Of a stretch of DNA of 64,000 nt, positions 25,501-38,000 are shown in pieces; position 1 is the stretch's first letter; each line of letters begins with the position of its first letter. The notes below the pieces were generated by a model. It searched no databases, was not told where the DNA came from, and saw nothing but the letters and a program-made list of their open reading frames with translations. Made by a program: the position numbers and the translations under genes. This DNA is from Octopus vulgaris (lineage: Eukaryota): NCBI GenBank assembly GCA_951406725.2, contig OX597826.1:37696001-37760000 (forward strand). Direction: 5' to 3'.

Positions 25501-25917
25501 ATATATACTGAATATATGACAGACAGACAGAATATATATTCCTACATAAATTACTACATAAATACATAAATACTCATAGGATTGGGTTTTTTCTGCGTAC
25601 ACAATCGGAATATTCTATTTGATACTTACTAACCATAGGCTGGAACCACAGGTTTATCCAACACTACCCGGGGCATATATTTTCAAGTACTGATTGAAGT
25701 ACACATAAATACAAGGTGCGTGGCACCTTAGGCAGTTGTCTTCTACAATAGCCTCAGACGATAAAAACCTTATGCAGCGATTTGGTAGGTAGATGGAAAC
25801 TGAAAGAAATTTTTCATATATATGTATATATATATATATTCTTTCAGCTACAAAGCTGCAGTCATATATATTGTTCACATATAAGTTTAGAAACAATTTT
25901 AGGGGACGGGCCAAAGA

Positions 25918-26072
25918 GATTAGAACGACTCCAGTGCTCGACTGGTACTTTTATTGACCCCGAATGAACGAAAGGAAAAACTGACTTCGGAGGAATATGA
26001 ACTCAGAACCTAAAGACCGATGAAATGCTATTGAGCACTTCGTCCGGCGTGCTAACGCTTCTGCCAATTTGC
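25918..26072 (-). mobile_element. Degenerate SINE family A
   Basis: tggcagaagcgttagcacgccggacgaagtgctc.. and a decayed Nin block on the minus strand. Confidence 0.6.
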
Positions 26073-26205
26073 AACCCTGATAAGTTATAGATAACAATGC
26101 GTAAACATTGGGCAGCCTTCGATACTTCATTTCAAAGGTGCTTTTAATCTAATGTTTACACACTATTATAGCTTTATCTCCTTCCGACTCAACTGCTACG
26201 AACGA

Positions 26206-26277
<72 letters not shown>

Positions 26278-26786
26278 CTATGTGTATCTGTGTACCTATG
26301 TATGTGTGTTTGCATATGTACGCATCAATATATATTTATTTATATGTGCATTTATGTATACATGCACCTATCTATTTGCATTTATATGTTTCTCTATACA
26401 TATGTATGTCTAGATTTATATTTGTGTATTTTCTCTTCTGCAAAAGTACAGACACGAACACACAACTCGTCCGGTAAATTTAAAATCTCCTGCCGCCATT
26501 TTCCTAGTTTTGTCGCCTCGACTGACATCATTGCTCCAATACAACCATAATAATATCTCTCTAATACTAGCTTCTAGTTCACTAATTTTCTGATAATCAC
26601 ACATTTCCATTAGTTTTCACTCAGAATGACTGGATTTATTCAGTTTCAGCATTGGATAAGTTCTGACTTCGTAGTTCATTCTTATTTAATCAGATGGCCT
26701 TTCTTTTCTGCCTTCGTCACTTTATAGAACGGTGCGAGAGAGAGAGAGAGAGAGGAGACAGAGTGTATAGCGACATTTTAAGATGC

Positions 26787-26861
<75 letters not shown>

Positions 26862-28770
26862 CAACAGGTGATGTTGAATGCTATGTTTTCGTTGGGGCTT
26901 AGTCACTGGTCAGGGTACAGTCACATTGTTGCGTAGCAACTAATTAACCCTGACTGAGGAGACATCTTATCAAATCCATTCCAACCATGAACACATCGCC
27001 TATAGAATATGCCTAAAACAAGGTGACACTTTTTACTCTAGACAACATGTATCGATTGATTTAAATGGCATTTCGCTGCTATTTCTAACAGGTGGAACGA
27101 CCAGCTCATGGCTCCCAGTGTTGCGTACCATCATCACACAGTTTGGAGAATTATTTTGAGAGTCCGTTGTATCTTTGATGTCACAACTGGATATTGATCT
27201 ATTTCTGCAGCTGTTTCTCTCAAATCTATAGCTGTTGCTGTTGTTGTTGTTGTTGCTGCTACTGCTGCTGTTGTTACTGTTATTGTTGTTTGTTTTGTTA
27301 TTCAATTTATGTTAGTATTTTTTGCTCTCTTGTCCACGTTAAGATAAAATATTCGACAATACAGCACTTGCGATGCAATAAGTTTCCTTAAACATGTTTA
27401 CTTCTCAGAAAGAACTTCTAACTATAGTTATTAACATTACTCTGATCATTGAATTAGAAGACGAAATAGGTTTACACCACACACAAACCTACAAAAACAA
27501 GCATACACTGAAATAAGTTATCAAACATTTGTATTTATATATATATATGTATTTATTCTATTTCTGTTTATTTACGAAAAATACTATTAATAGAAGTCTT
27601 CTGTTCATCCTGCTTACATTTCTGTCTCGCTCTCCATTCCTTTCTCATGTCTCTTTCTCACGCCTTATATTCTCTCACTTCTCCTCTTCCTGTTTCTTTC
27701 TACCCCGTGTTCTCCCAATAAATCCATCAACGGACTCCATTGTCTTACGTAAGCTAGATATCCCACCCCGTACCCACCTCTTATGTACCCTTTGTTCATT
27801 AAAAACCCACTAATTCAGTCTGTCTAACGCTCTCTCTGTTACAATCAACACACGTATATCTTAACAATATTACCAATTATTCTATGTCTTTCGCTCAATA
27901 TCACCCATTGTTCTTCTTCATCTTGTTGTTGTGCTTGCTGCTGGTATTCCTATGTCAATTATTTTTGTTGCTTTTTTTATTTATCATAACAGATTGTTTT
28001 TTGTTTGACTTTTGGAGCTGTATTCGTGTTTTTGCTTTATTCATTTGTGTCCGTTATTAGTGATAATACGAAATAGATTCTGTTTTCGTGTTGTGCTTGT
28101 TGATGTTGTTGTTGTTGTAGTTGATTATTTTTGGTTCCGTTTTTTTTTGTTGTTGTTCTTTTTTGCAGTATCATTGGTTTTTTTCTTTATATTTTTGCCA
28201 GAAAAGTGAGGGAAATGAAACTGTGGTGAGGAGGAAGAGAAGGAGAGACGAAGAAGGAGATGAGGAAGATGAACATGCGGAGGAAGGAGTGCAGGAAGGG
28301 GAAGAGGAGGATGGTGGTGATGCTGCTGCTGGTTGTTTTGTGATGGTTGCCGATCATCATCATCATCACCATTATCATTGTCATTATTATCATCGCCGTT
28401 GTCGTCGTCGTCGGCGGTGACATCATCATCGTCATCATCAACATCATCACCAGATTTACTATAAATACCATTGCAATTGTGATTGATAACAAAACAACAA
28501 AATAACATTGCCACACCATAACTACAACTACTACTAATACTACTACAACTACTAATACTACTGCTATTCCTACAACTGCTGTCGCTACTACTATTAATAT
28601 TACTAAATTACTACTACCGCTAATACTACTGCTGCTAGATACGACAGCAATTGTTATTTTCATTAAGCTGAGGAGGGGGTAGGGGAGGGAGGGGAGGGGT
28701 GGGGAGGAGTGGGGGGAGGAGTGTAATGATTTCTACGAATTTAATGACGACGATTATTATTATTATTATG

Positions 28771-28840
<70 letters not shown>

Positions 28841-28842
<2 letters not shown>

Positions 28843-29316
28843 GAGTGAGAGAGCAGTGTATGCCATCAAAGTGACACTGGGGTAAAATATACGAAGGCCA
28901 GTATACACGTCATGACTACCTCTCTGATAAGGGTACACCAGGCACATGCATCACAACCATATGTGCGCGATATGGTGATCTCATATCTAGATAAACAGCG
29001 CATGACCTTGCAGGTGGGGCCCAGTTAGAATTTTCTTCTGGTCGAGTAGCCCTTCCCACTCAAAAGGTCCCTGAATAAGTATTGTTTAAGGATGTTGAAC
29101 GAAGCACCCATGTTTCCAAAGGGGAATTATCAAAACCTCTAAGAATTCCTTTCAACACACGGCTATGATGCTCTCCCACTACTTCTGCTCGTGATCAGAG
29201 ATGCACATATCGTCAGCCACTAAGGGACAGGTCAAACAACTGACAAGTAAATCTGTGGTATTGAGCAGAATATTTGCTGTAGCCCATCTTTTATACCAAG
29301 ACAAAACAATGTACAT
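28841..29316 (-). mobile_element. LINE-like 3' end embedded in (TAA)n, possibly R4/Dong-type
   Basis: (ATT)n on both sides; the terminus ccccagtgtcactttgatggcat..ctgctctctcRctcaataataa recurs inverted at 29536-29592. Clade assignment is inference from the target site. Confidence 0.55.
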
Positions 29317-29344
29317 ATTATTATTATTATTATTATCGTCGTTA

Positions 29345-29530
29345 AGGCGGCAAGCTGGCAGAATCGTTAGCACACAGGACAAAATGCTTAGCGGCATTTC
29401 GTCCGTCTTTACGTTCCAAGTTCAAATTCCGCCGAGGTCGACTTTGCCTTTCATCCTTTCGGGGTCGATTAAAATAAATACCAGTTGAGTACTGAGGTTG
29501 ATGCAACCGACTATCCCCCTCCCCCAATTT
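29345..29530 (+). mobile_element. SINE family A (tRNA head + Nin/Deu-like domain)
   Basis: A-box tggcagaatcg, B-box gttcaaattcc, Nin-like gactttgcctttcatcctttcggggtcgat..accag. Confidence 0.85.
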
Positions 29531-30164
29531 CACTGTACCCCAGTGTCACTTTGATGGCATGCCCTGCTCTCTCGCTCAATAATAATAATAATGCTTACAG
29601 TAGAAAGAATTATTATCATTATCTTTATTGTTCATGGTTTCAGAAATATATCAAGAGTTACTTCCTATTTTTTTTAAACCAGGACGGGTACATCTTGGAA
29701 TACATGTATAGAAGTGCCCAAGCGTAATCAAAACCTTCCTGCTCCAGAGCAAAAATGTCCTAACAATATTTTTTTTTTAAACCTATCATTTCTATTGTCT
29801 GTATCGTACTTATGACCATCATCGAAGGTGAGTGGACATGTAAGCTTATGCTTCTCAGTAGAAGATTAACGGCTAGAAGAGAGAATTTATTCCAGCTTGT
29901 CACGGTTTGTGGGGCTCCTTGATTTGCCCTAAATGCAGGACATTCTCTTATGATTCTTTTTCTCTTTTCAAATATGCGCAGAATATTCAAAATGTTGCTC
30001 TTTCTTTCTCATTAATTTAATTTTTTTAGCAATCCTGTCACACATTTTGTAATTAGTCGCTTAAATGTACCGTTATTTTTTATGGTAATGAAGAAAACAA
30101 ATACATCACTTTTATTAATACTATCATGATCATCATCATCATCACCATCATCATCCTCACCATC

Positions 30165-30165
<1 letters not shown>

Positions 30166-30221
<56 letters not shown>

Positions 30222-30291
30222 GGTGGTGGTGGTGGTGGTGGTGGTGGTGGTGGTGGTGGTGGTGGTGGTGGTGGTGGTGGTGGTGGTGGTG

Positions 30292-30360
<69 letters not shown>

Positions 30361-30361
30361 T
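30166..30361. repeat. Compound microsatellite (GTA)n(GTG)n(GTA)n
   Basis: Directly visible. Confidence 0.97.
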
Positions 30362-30994
30362 CGTTATTACTGGAATCGATTTTTATCGGTTTCTTCCCGA
30401 TTCCTGCTCTATTGTTCTGACAAGCTGTGAAACTCACACAAAGATTATTTCCGCCAGTTAAACATACGTTCTTTGCGTGTTCTTCGTTCTTTCTTTCTTT
30501 CGTTCCCTGAATCGTTCTTTTTTTTTAACAAGAAAGAGAGAGAGATAGGGGGGATGATTAAAGACATGTCTTTCATCTCACATGCCTCTTGTATCTCCTT
30601 GTTCCGTCTTCCATTTCGTCTTTACATCATTCGAGTTTAGCAGAAAGATTGACCGGAAAATTCAATGATTCTTAATATTCTGTCCCATAATCATCCCATT
30701 GGTTCAACTGAAACTTGAACCCGAACTAACTGATTCTCCTTTTTCTCTGATTTATTAAAATCTCTTAATTTACTATGAAATGTGGGCATAGAGTACCAGA
30801 GATGTAGAGTTCCTGTGCGCAGAGTACCAGAGAGGTCTTAATAAATATTGTACAGTATTTTTGATGTTGATGTTAAAGTTTACGTTAAACGTGGTGCAAT
30901 AAAGCTAAGATTCAGACATTCCAATAATGACCACCACTTCGATTTGTTTTCGTAGACTGTATTATCTAATATGTAATTCTATTTCAACAATACT

Positions 30995-31137
30995 GACACC
31001 TGATGAAGGCTGGTGGGTGTGGGGTGTATCAGCCGAAACGTGTTAACAACAAACAAGATGAGGACAAATATCCGTCAAATGTAAATAATGTAAATAATGT
31101 ACATAATTCCTAATCTCTTAAATATAGAACTGTATTA
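30995..31137 (+). mobile_element. Hammerhead-bearing PLE-type mini-element with TSD
   Basis: TGACAC-CTGATGA-A-GGCTG..CAGCC-GAAAC-GTGTTA at 30994-31045; 12-bp direct repeat ttcaacaatact at 30983-30994 and 31138-31149. Confidence 0.75.
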
Positions 31138-31295
31138 TTCAACAATACTTGTTCAAAAAGCTGTGTAGATCAGCTATCACCTACCATGAATGAATTTAAT
31201 GTTTGTAGATAAAAATGTACATGATAGGTGAAAGGAGATCATACCTGAAATTTGGATATTTTTGTTATTCTGAAAAGAAAAACTGCTATAATTGT

Positions 31296-31436
31296 ACATT
31301 ATTTACATTATTTACATTTGACGGATATTTGCCCTTATCTTGTTTGTTGTTAACACAACGTTCCGGCTAATATACCTTCCAGCCATCAAATGTAAATAAT
31401 GTACATAATTCCTCATCTCTTAAATATAGAACTGTG
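31296..31436. mobile_element. Same family: inverted hammerhead segment joined to a forward tail, with TSD
   Basis: 31294-31388 is the reverse complement of ~31001-31103; 31386-31435 is the forward tail; flanking tataattgt at 31287-31295 and 31438-31446. Confidence 0.75.
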
Positions 31437-31719
31437 TTATAATTGTGTTGTTCCATCTACATTGTCCGTGGCTCAATGTTAATTATACTGTTTTTTTTCT
31501 ATTTTGGAAGAAAATAAGTAAATATGGAAGTGAATCAAATCGAGTTTAAATAACAGGAAAAGGGTGGAAATTACTGGCGTCGATGCTTTTTTATTCCAAT
31601 TGTGAAAAGTATCAAAACTATTTTATCCAACGTCTTCACAGCAGAATTAATTGCTTTTGGAACATAATAACGCCTGGCACATTCCTTCTTCATCCCATCC
31701 ACCTCACTGATATCATCAG

Positions 31720-31940
31720 TGGAGGTGCCTGGCTTAGTGGTTAGAATGATCTTAAAGTTGTGGTTTCGATTCCTGAACTGGGCAATGCATTGTGTTCTTG
31801 AGCAAAACGCTTCATTTCACATTGCTCCAGTTCACTCAGCTGGCAAAGAGAAGTAATCCTGCGACGGACTGGCGTTCCATCCAGGTGGGGAGATTATACG
31901 CCGGGAAACCGACCAATCATGAGTCGGTATGACTTGAGAA
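31720..31940 (+). mobile_element. SINE family D
   Basis: A-box tggcttagtgg, B-box ggtttcgattcc, then the ttgtgttcttgagcaaaac block. Confidence 0.8.
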
Positions 31941-32501
31941 GTACCTCTACATTTTTGGGGGTTTTTATTATTATTTTTTATTACTAATATCATTATAGTC
32001 AGCTTTATTCGCCACCTTATAGCAACAGAACTCAGCAATCACAACCCCACGTATGTTTAATCTGTAGAAATCTTTATATAACTTAACATTAGCCGCAGCA
32101 ATTTCAGAAATCTAAGGAAGTCGTTGGCGCACTCCCTCACTCCTAATTAAACCACCAAAATATGTTTCTTAACAAACTTACCGAGCAATTTCTCTGTTGT
32201 TGTGAGTTGTGTTAGGCTGTGGTCGAATCTCTGCTATTTGTAATGGCTGTATCATAGACCTGAGACATTTACAGTAGAAGTGGCAATGTATGACTTTAAA
32301 ATTACCACTCTGTAAATATGTAGTTCATCGGTTGGGGCCTGGGTTACCTTCTTCAATAAATCGAGGGCGGCCGAATTCGGGACGGTGAGATTTGGTCTAT
32401 AGAATCTCCAGTTCCGATTTTAGTGGGGGACATAATATGTCGCATGACCACCAGATGATTACGTTTCAAACACAAAAAATACCTCGTCATACAGAAGGTG
32501 T

Positions 32502-32676
32502 TTGCCGTGACGCGTTCTGAGTTCAAATTCCGCCGAGGTCGACTTTGCCTTTCATCCTTTCGGGGTCGATAAATTAAGTACCAGTTACGCACTGGCGTCG
32601 ATGTAATCGACTTAATCCGTTTGTCTGTCCTTGTTTGTCCCCTCTATGTTTAGCCCCTTGTGGGCAATAAAGAAAC
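32502..32676 (+). mobile_element. SINE family A, 5'-truncated, Tx1-like tail
   Basis: Nin block plus tail ttgtcccctctatgtttagccccttgtgggcaataaagaaa. Confidence 0.85.
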
Positions 32677-32694
32677 AGATAAAATAGTATGGAT

Positions 32695-32894
32695 AAGGCA
32701 GCGAGCTGGCAGAATTGTTAGTACGCCGGGCGAAATGCTTAGCTGTATTTCGCCTGTCTTTACGTTCTGAATTCAAATTCCGCTGAGGTTGACTTTGCCT
32801 TTCATCCTTTCAGGGTCGATGAATTGCGTACTTGGGACGATTTAATCGACTAACTCCTCCCCCAAAGTTCCAGGCCTTGTGCCTAGAGTAGAAA
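32695..32894 (+). mobile_element. SINE family A, full length, alternative tail
   Basis: Head and Nin block; tail ccccaaagttccaggccttgtgcctagagtagaaa; TSD agataaaatagWatggat at 32677-32694 and 32895-32912. Confidence 0.85.
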
Positions 32895-34201
32895 AGATAA
32901 AATAGAATGGATGACTGATGGAGTGCAAAACTGTATATAATGCCTACTAGTATTTACTGCCGTCTTGCTTTTTTCTAAGTCTGACTCCATTGAGAAATGA
33001 ATCTGCTTTCCTTCGAACCACTACTGATATGAATAACTACAATTAACACCTTGGAATGTATTCAATCGCCGCAGAAATTGAATATACACCCACCCGAACC
33101 CAAGACATCTTCGTGACTAACAAAGGGATCAATATTTCTCTAGTGCTGCTACTTAAGAAATACACTTTCTAAAAAGAACGCATGGATTAAGTAAAAGGCC
33201 ATATTTGTTATCCATGCTACCAAGTAGAATTTAGTTTTTAGTTTTACTTTTTAGTTTTATTGCGGTTATATTCTTTACAAGTGGATTCTTCCGGCATCGA
33301 ATAGCAGGGAAAAATGCCATTATAATGTCAACTAGCAATAATATAAACTCGATTGCAAATATAAACAAGTTGATCTTTAAATTCTCATTCCCACCTAAGC
33401 GTTGAGAAGATAGCTAGGATTGTGTTTGATCTATTCTTACTTCGCCTTCTAATAAAACTTGCCGTAATTTAGTGGAATTTAATTGGTTGTTAGCCGCATC
33501 ACTTGTTTTATCAGCAAAAACAAAATAGAAGAAAAAATTAACGATGTTATAATATATACGTGTATGTACGTATGTATGCATATATGTGCGTGTGTACGTG
33601 CATATATATACATGTACACATACAAACATACATGTAAACATACATACATACATACATACATACATACATACATACATACATACATACATACATACATACA
33701 TACGTGTACGTAGGCATGTGCGCCAGTGTGTCATAAATTATCTCAAAATGGCGATCTACTTAGTGAAACAGTCAACGTGAAACAACATTTTCCTGACAAA
33801 AAAACTGGTTCCCCTTAATCTAATGTTAGTCAGCAATATTCTTCGGAATTTGGAAAATAATTTCATGAAGAACTGATCAATAGAAGTCTGTGACGGGAAT
33901 TTGGTTTCTTTTTAAGAAATGGTAAAATGAAACCAACAAAGATTCTAAAGAAAAAGAAAAAGAAGAACCATTAATGAGGCAGACTCAATTGTGCTCGGTG
34001 CAGATGTGTTCTTGCAGACCGGGAAAAACTTCAATAGCTGAACAGCAGAACGGTCCTAATGGTGTTACTGAACTAAACAATGTCACAAAATGTTTTACTT
34101 AATTTGTTTCTCTTCACAAACAGCTGCGTAACAATGCAGTTTAAACCACGAAAGAAATAGAAATATGCACACACAGCATATATATATACATATAGGTATG
34201 A

Positions 34202-34269
<68 letters not shown>

Positions 34270-34456
34270 ACCTTGATATATAGATATATGTATGTATATA
34301 TGCACTTTATATATATGGTTTTGTTTTTATGTTTTCGTTTCTCATTGTGTATTTTTGGTGTCCTGTACCCATATATGCATGTATATATGCATATAGATGT
34401 AGGTACGTACATATATGTATGTATATATGCATATGTTTTATCTATTATTTTGTTAT

Positions 34457-34516
<60 letters not shown>

Positions 34517-34711
34517 TTCAAACTATGGGTGCGTTACGTTCCATTCATTAATAAGTTTTAAAATGTATAGTAAATGATGAAAAACAGACAGAATATCAAG
34601 TTAAAAAAACATATACTTCGTCTATACATCTTCTATATGTTTTTTTTTAACTTGCCGTTCTGTTTTTCGTTTGTGCATTTATTAGGCATTTTTTAAATTT
34701 ATATATATGAT

Positions 34712-34855
34712 TGTGTGATAGAAGCTTGCTTCCCAACCACATACTTCCGGGTTCAGTCCCACTGTGTGGAACCTCGAGCAAGTATCTTCTACAATAGGCT
34801 CAGACCGACCAAAGCCACCTGAGTGTATTTGGTAGACGGAAACATGAGAAGACCG

Positions 34856-34909
<54 letters not shown>

Positions 34910-35052
34910 ATGTATATGCATGTATCTGTTGTCTGTGTTTGTCACCCCACCATCGCTTGACAACCAATATTGGTGTGTTTACGACCCCGTAACTTAACGG
35001 TTCGGCAAAAGGAGCCGATAGAATAAGTACTAGGCTTACAAAGAATAAGTCC
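34712..35052 (+). mobile_element. SINE family B
   Basis: Head, internal (TG)n(TATG)n and 3' body match the 18498-18919 copy. Confidence 0.8.
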
Positions 35053-38000
35053 AAGTGTGTGTGTCTACTGCTGGTAGATTGTGCGTGTGTATGTGTATGT
35101 ATGGCTTGGGGATAAGTGCATCTGTGGTTTGTGCATACGTTTGTGTGTAGTTGACTTTAATTGACATAATTCTTATATTTGCTCATTCTGTATTACTGTG
35201 GTGGTGGTGGTGGTGGTGGTGGTGGTGGTGATATGGTTATAGTAGTGATCTTGGTGATGGCGGTAGTGGTAGTTGTGGCATTGGTACTGGCTGTGGTGAC
35301 GGCAGTTGCAGCGGTGGCGGCGCTCACGATAGCAGCGGCGGAGATGAAGGTGGCGATGGCGGCGACAGTCATGGTGGCGGTGATGACGATAGCGACGCTG
35401 ACGATGGCAGCGGCGGTGATGGTGGAGGTTGGGGTATAGATAGGGTACTCCACTCGTTCTTTCTGTTGAGAATGTATGTAGAATCAGAATCTGCTTAAAG
35501 TATGCGACAGCTTTTGCAATGAGGCATGTGTTCGATGAATAACAAGTGTTTCGTAACTCAATATTGTTTATTGATTTATTGCGTCTTGTTTCACTTCACT
35601 CTGTCTACAACAGTGCAATGCAATGCTTTCACATATACTGCAGGCCGTTTCTCCTTATTAGGCTGCAGTGGTTGCCTCCCATACACCTTATATTTATACA
35701 ACGTCCATTATTTTGTAATTTAGCTCTGAATTGTATTGTACACTCTAGTGCAAGATGATGTTCTTTCGACACGGCTGCGACAAGCATAATAGGGACTTGA
35801 TGGCTCGGGTTGTTTGTATTATGGTTTTCCTGTTTACCATCACATTTTGAAATCTTTTTTATCAAACAAATCTAGTTCTTTTTCTTTTTTTTTGGCTTTT
35901 GTAATCGTTTTCAGAATGTATACTCATATAAGAGGCACACATCATATACTGCACCATTGCTAACGATGTAATGAGGTATTCTCGGTGTACAGAAAAAAAA
36001 ATTCTGGAACATTAAAAAAGAAAAGAAAGGCACCGCAGAATGAAGGCCAAACGTTGGGGACGATAGTCTGACTTTTCGAAGTTCTACCAGTTCTCAATAA
36101 GAAGTCTAAGCATTTTGCAAGAATTTTCTCCACAGTTTTAATTGAAACTGTAGATTATAGTATAGTGTGGTAGATTGATGCACGATCTAATATTTACTCT
36201 CTGATATAAGCATTCTAAAGCTACTCTTAGCACACATGATAATGCCCTATATTTGTAAACACTCTCACATCACTATTTTTCTGCTGTTGCCATTTTCAAG
36301 TTACCTTAACTCTCATTCTGTTGGCCAAAATACTGAAAGTGTTACGAGACAGCGTCAGATTTTTTTTAAAGAATTATTTTTATACAACACGAGTGTTGAC
36401 ATAATTTTAAATACAGACGGATGCGTGTTCTTTTACTTTGCTACAAAGAAACTCACATGCAATTCCTTAAGAACAGTCAAGATTGCCGAACATTTCACAA
36501 CTTGTCTCAAAACTTCATGGCACTGTGTGGACAATACAAACCTCAGTAATTGAAGGTGCTTGCTCTATCAAACCAATGTGCGATCCTCTATACTATGGCT
36601 TGACTAGAAACACCAACTATACATCTTTCAAATTACAACTTGCCTTCACAACATTACACTGGAAACTGTATTCCTTAAACATAAAGACAAGATATTCTTT
36701 AAGATACTCCTTCACAATAAAAATAAAATACGAGCTTAGAACAATTCTAGCACCTTTCAATACTCTACAACCATACAGAATTTTACACTACACTGTGTAC
36801 ATGATATTTTCGTTTACACAGTCTTTTGCCATATCACAGTAACTTTCACATCAAACAGCTACACCATTCCGTACCACACTAGTCAACACTTCTACATAGC
36901 GCTATGGTGGTCGATTCACCTGTTAGCAATAGCAAACATCTCTTCACTTAGAATATATTTTATGGTCTTCAAAAAACTAGAATACTTTGGATTACTTTCG
37001 TCTCTGATTATGAATGAACTCACCTGTCTACTTCAATGTACGAGTGTACAGTTGATCAGTAAACAGCTCAGTTCACTCCATGAATCAATTCGTGATCTGG
37101 CTGAACATTTCACAAACATAATTTCCAGATAGAATTAGCATAACATGTAATGTGATACATCTGAGTCTTTGAATTTTTGCTGCAGTCCATTTGATGGGCT
37201 TCTGACACAATTACTTTTTGTCCACTTCAGATTCATTCGCAAATCTTGGGTTAACCCTAGGCTATGGTATATTACCCTGACCAAGATATCACGCAATGGA
37301 ATCGAACCCAGGAACTCGTGGTTGCGGAGCAAACTCGTTAAACATCAGGTTTACATTAGTCTCACATAACACTATATCTAATTAACAGACGGTATGGCCA
37401 CGGCTGGAATGTTTTTGATCATTGGTCTGCTGTGTGTTATAATCACAACCACAATGATGAGTATTGACCACACATCGAAGGTTAACAAATACAACATCTG
37501 ACTCGGATAGATTTGCGTGACATTGATGTACAGCTGACACACAAACAGACGTTATTGGCATTTTAAATATCCCACTAAAGCTGTATTTTATTGTTCATTA
37601 TCTTGATAAACTAGAACGTGTGGATTTGGGTTAAACTTGCTCGTCTCATTAGTATTCTGTTTGTGATTATAACCGGGGTTATTGAGACCGTATATTTATA
37701 AGATTTATTATAGCCCGTATAATTTTGTTCTTTAAAGAGACTGAAAGATTTTGCTACTATTTAAAGTAGATTGATTGGATGTATAGCAGCTTCCTCGCTA
37801 CTTCTTGTATCTCTTTTATTTCATGTATGTAAAAACGAAAATATCTCAACTTTCAGAATAGGATTTCTGTTATAGTATTTATAAATCTATAACACAGCAG
37901 AAGTATTCGCTTAATGCTCTTATGGATTTTTCTCTCTCCTAATAACTGTATCGTCAATGTTCCTACTGTAGTTCGAGAAAATTCTAATGTTTTCTTTAAT

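Noticed and set aside
26492-26502. YY1-like GCCGCCATTTT / possible start codon AAAATGGCGGC
   Set aside because: Single short motif; the downstream frame is short, with no clear splice donor or other support.
32347-32400. Possible 49-nt minus-strand micro-exon (tag..aag/gtaac)
   Set aside because: Weak polypyrimidine tract, no recognisable peptide and no partner exons.
35179-35453. Ala/Val/Thr-rich ORFs on both strands
   Set aside because: Degenerate (GGT/GGC/GAT)n triplet repeat.
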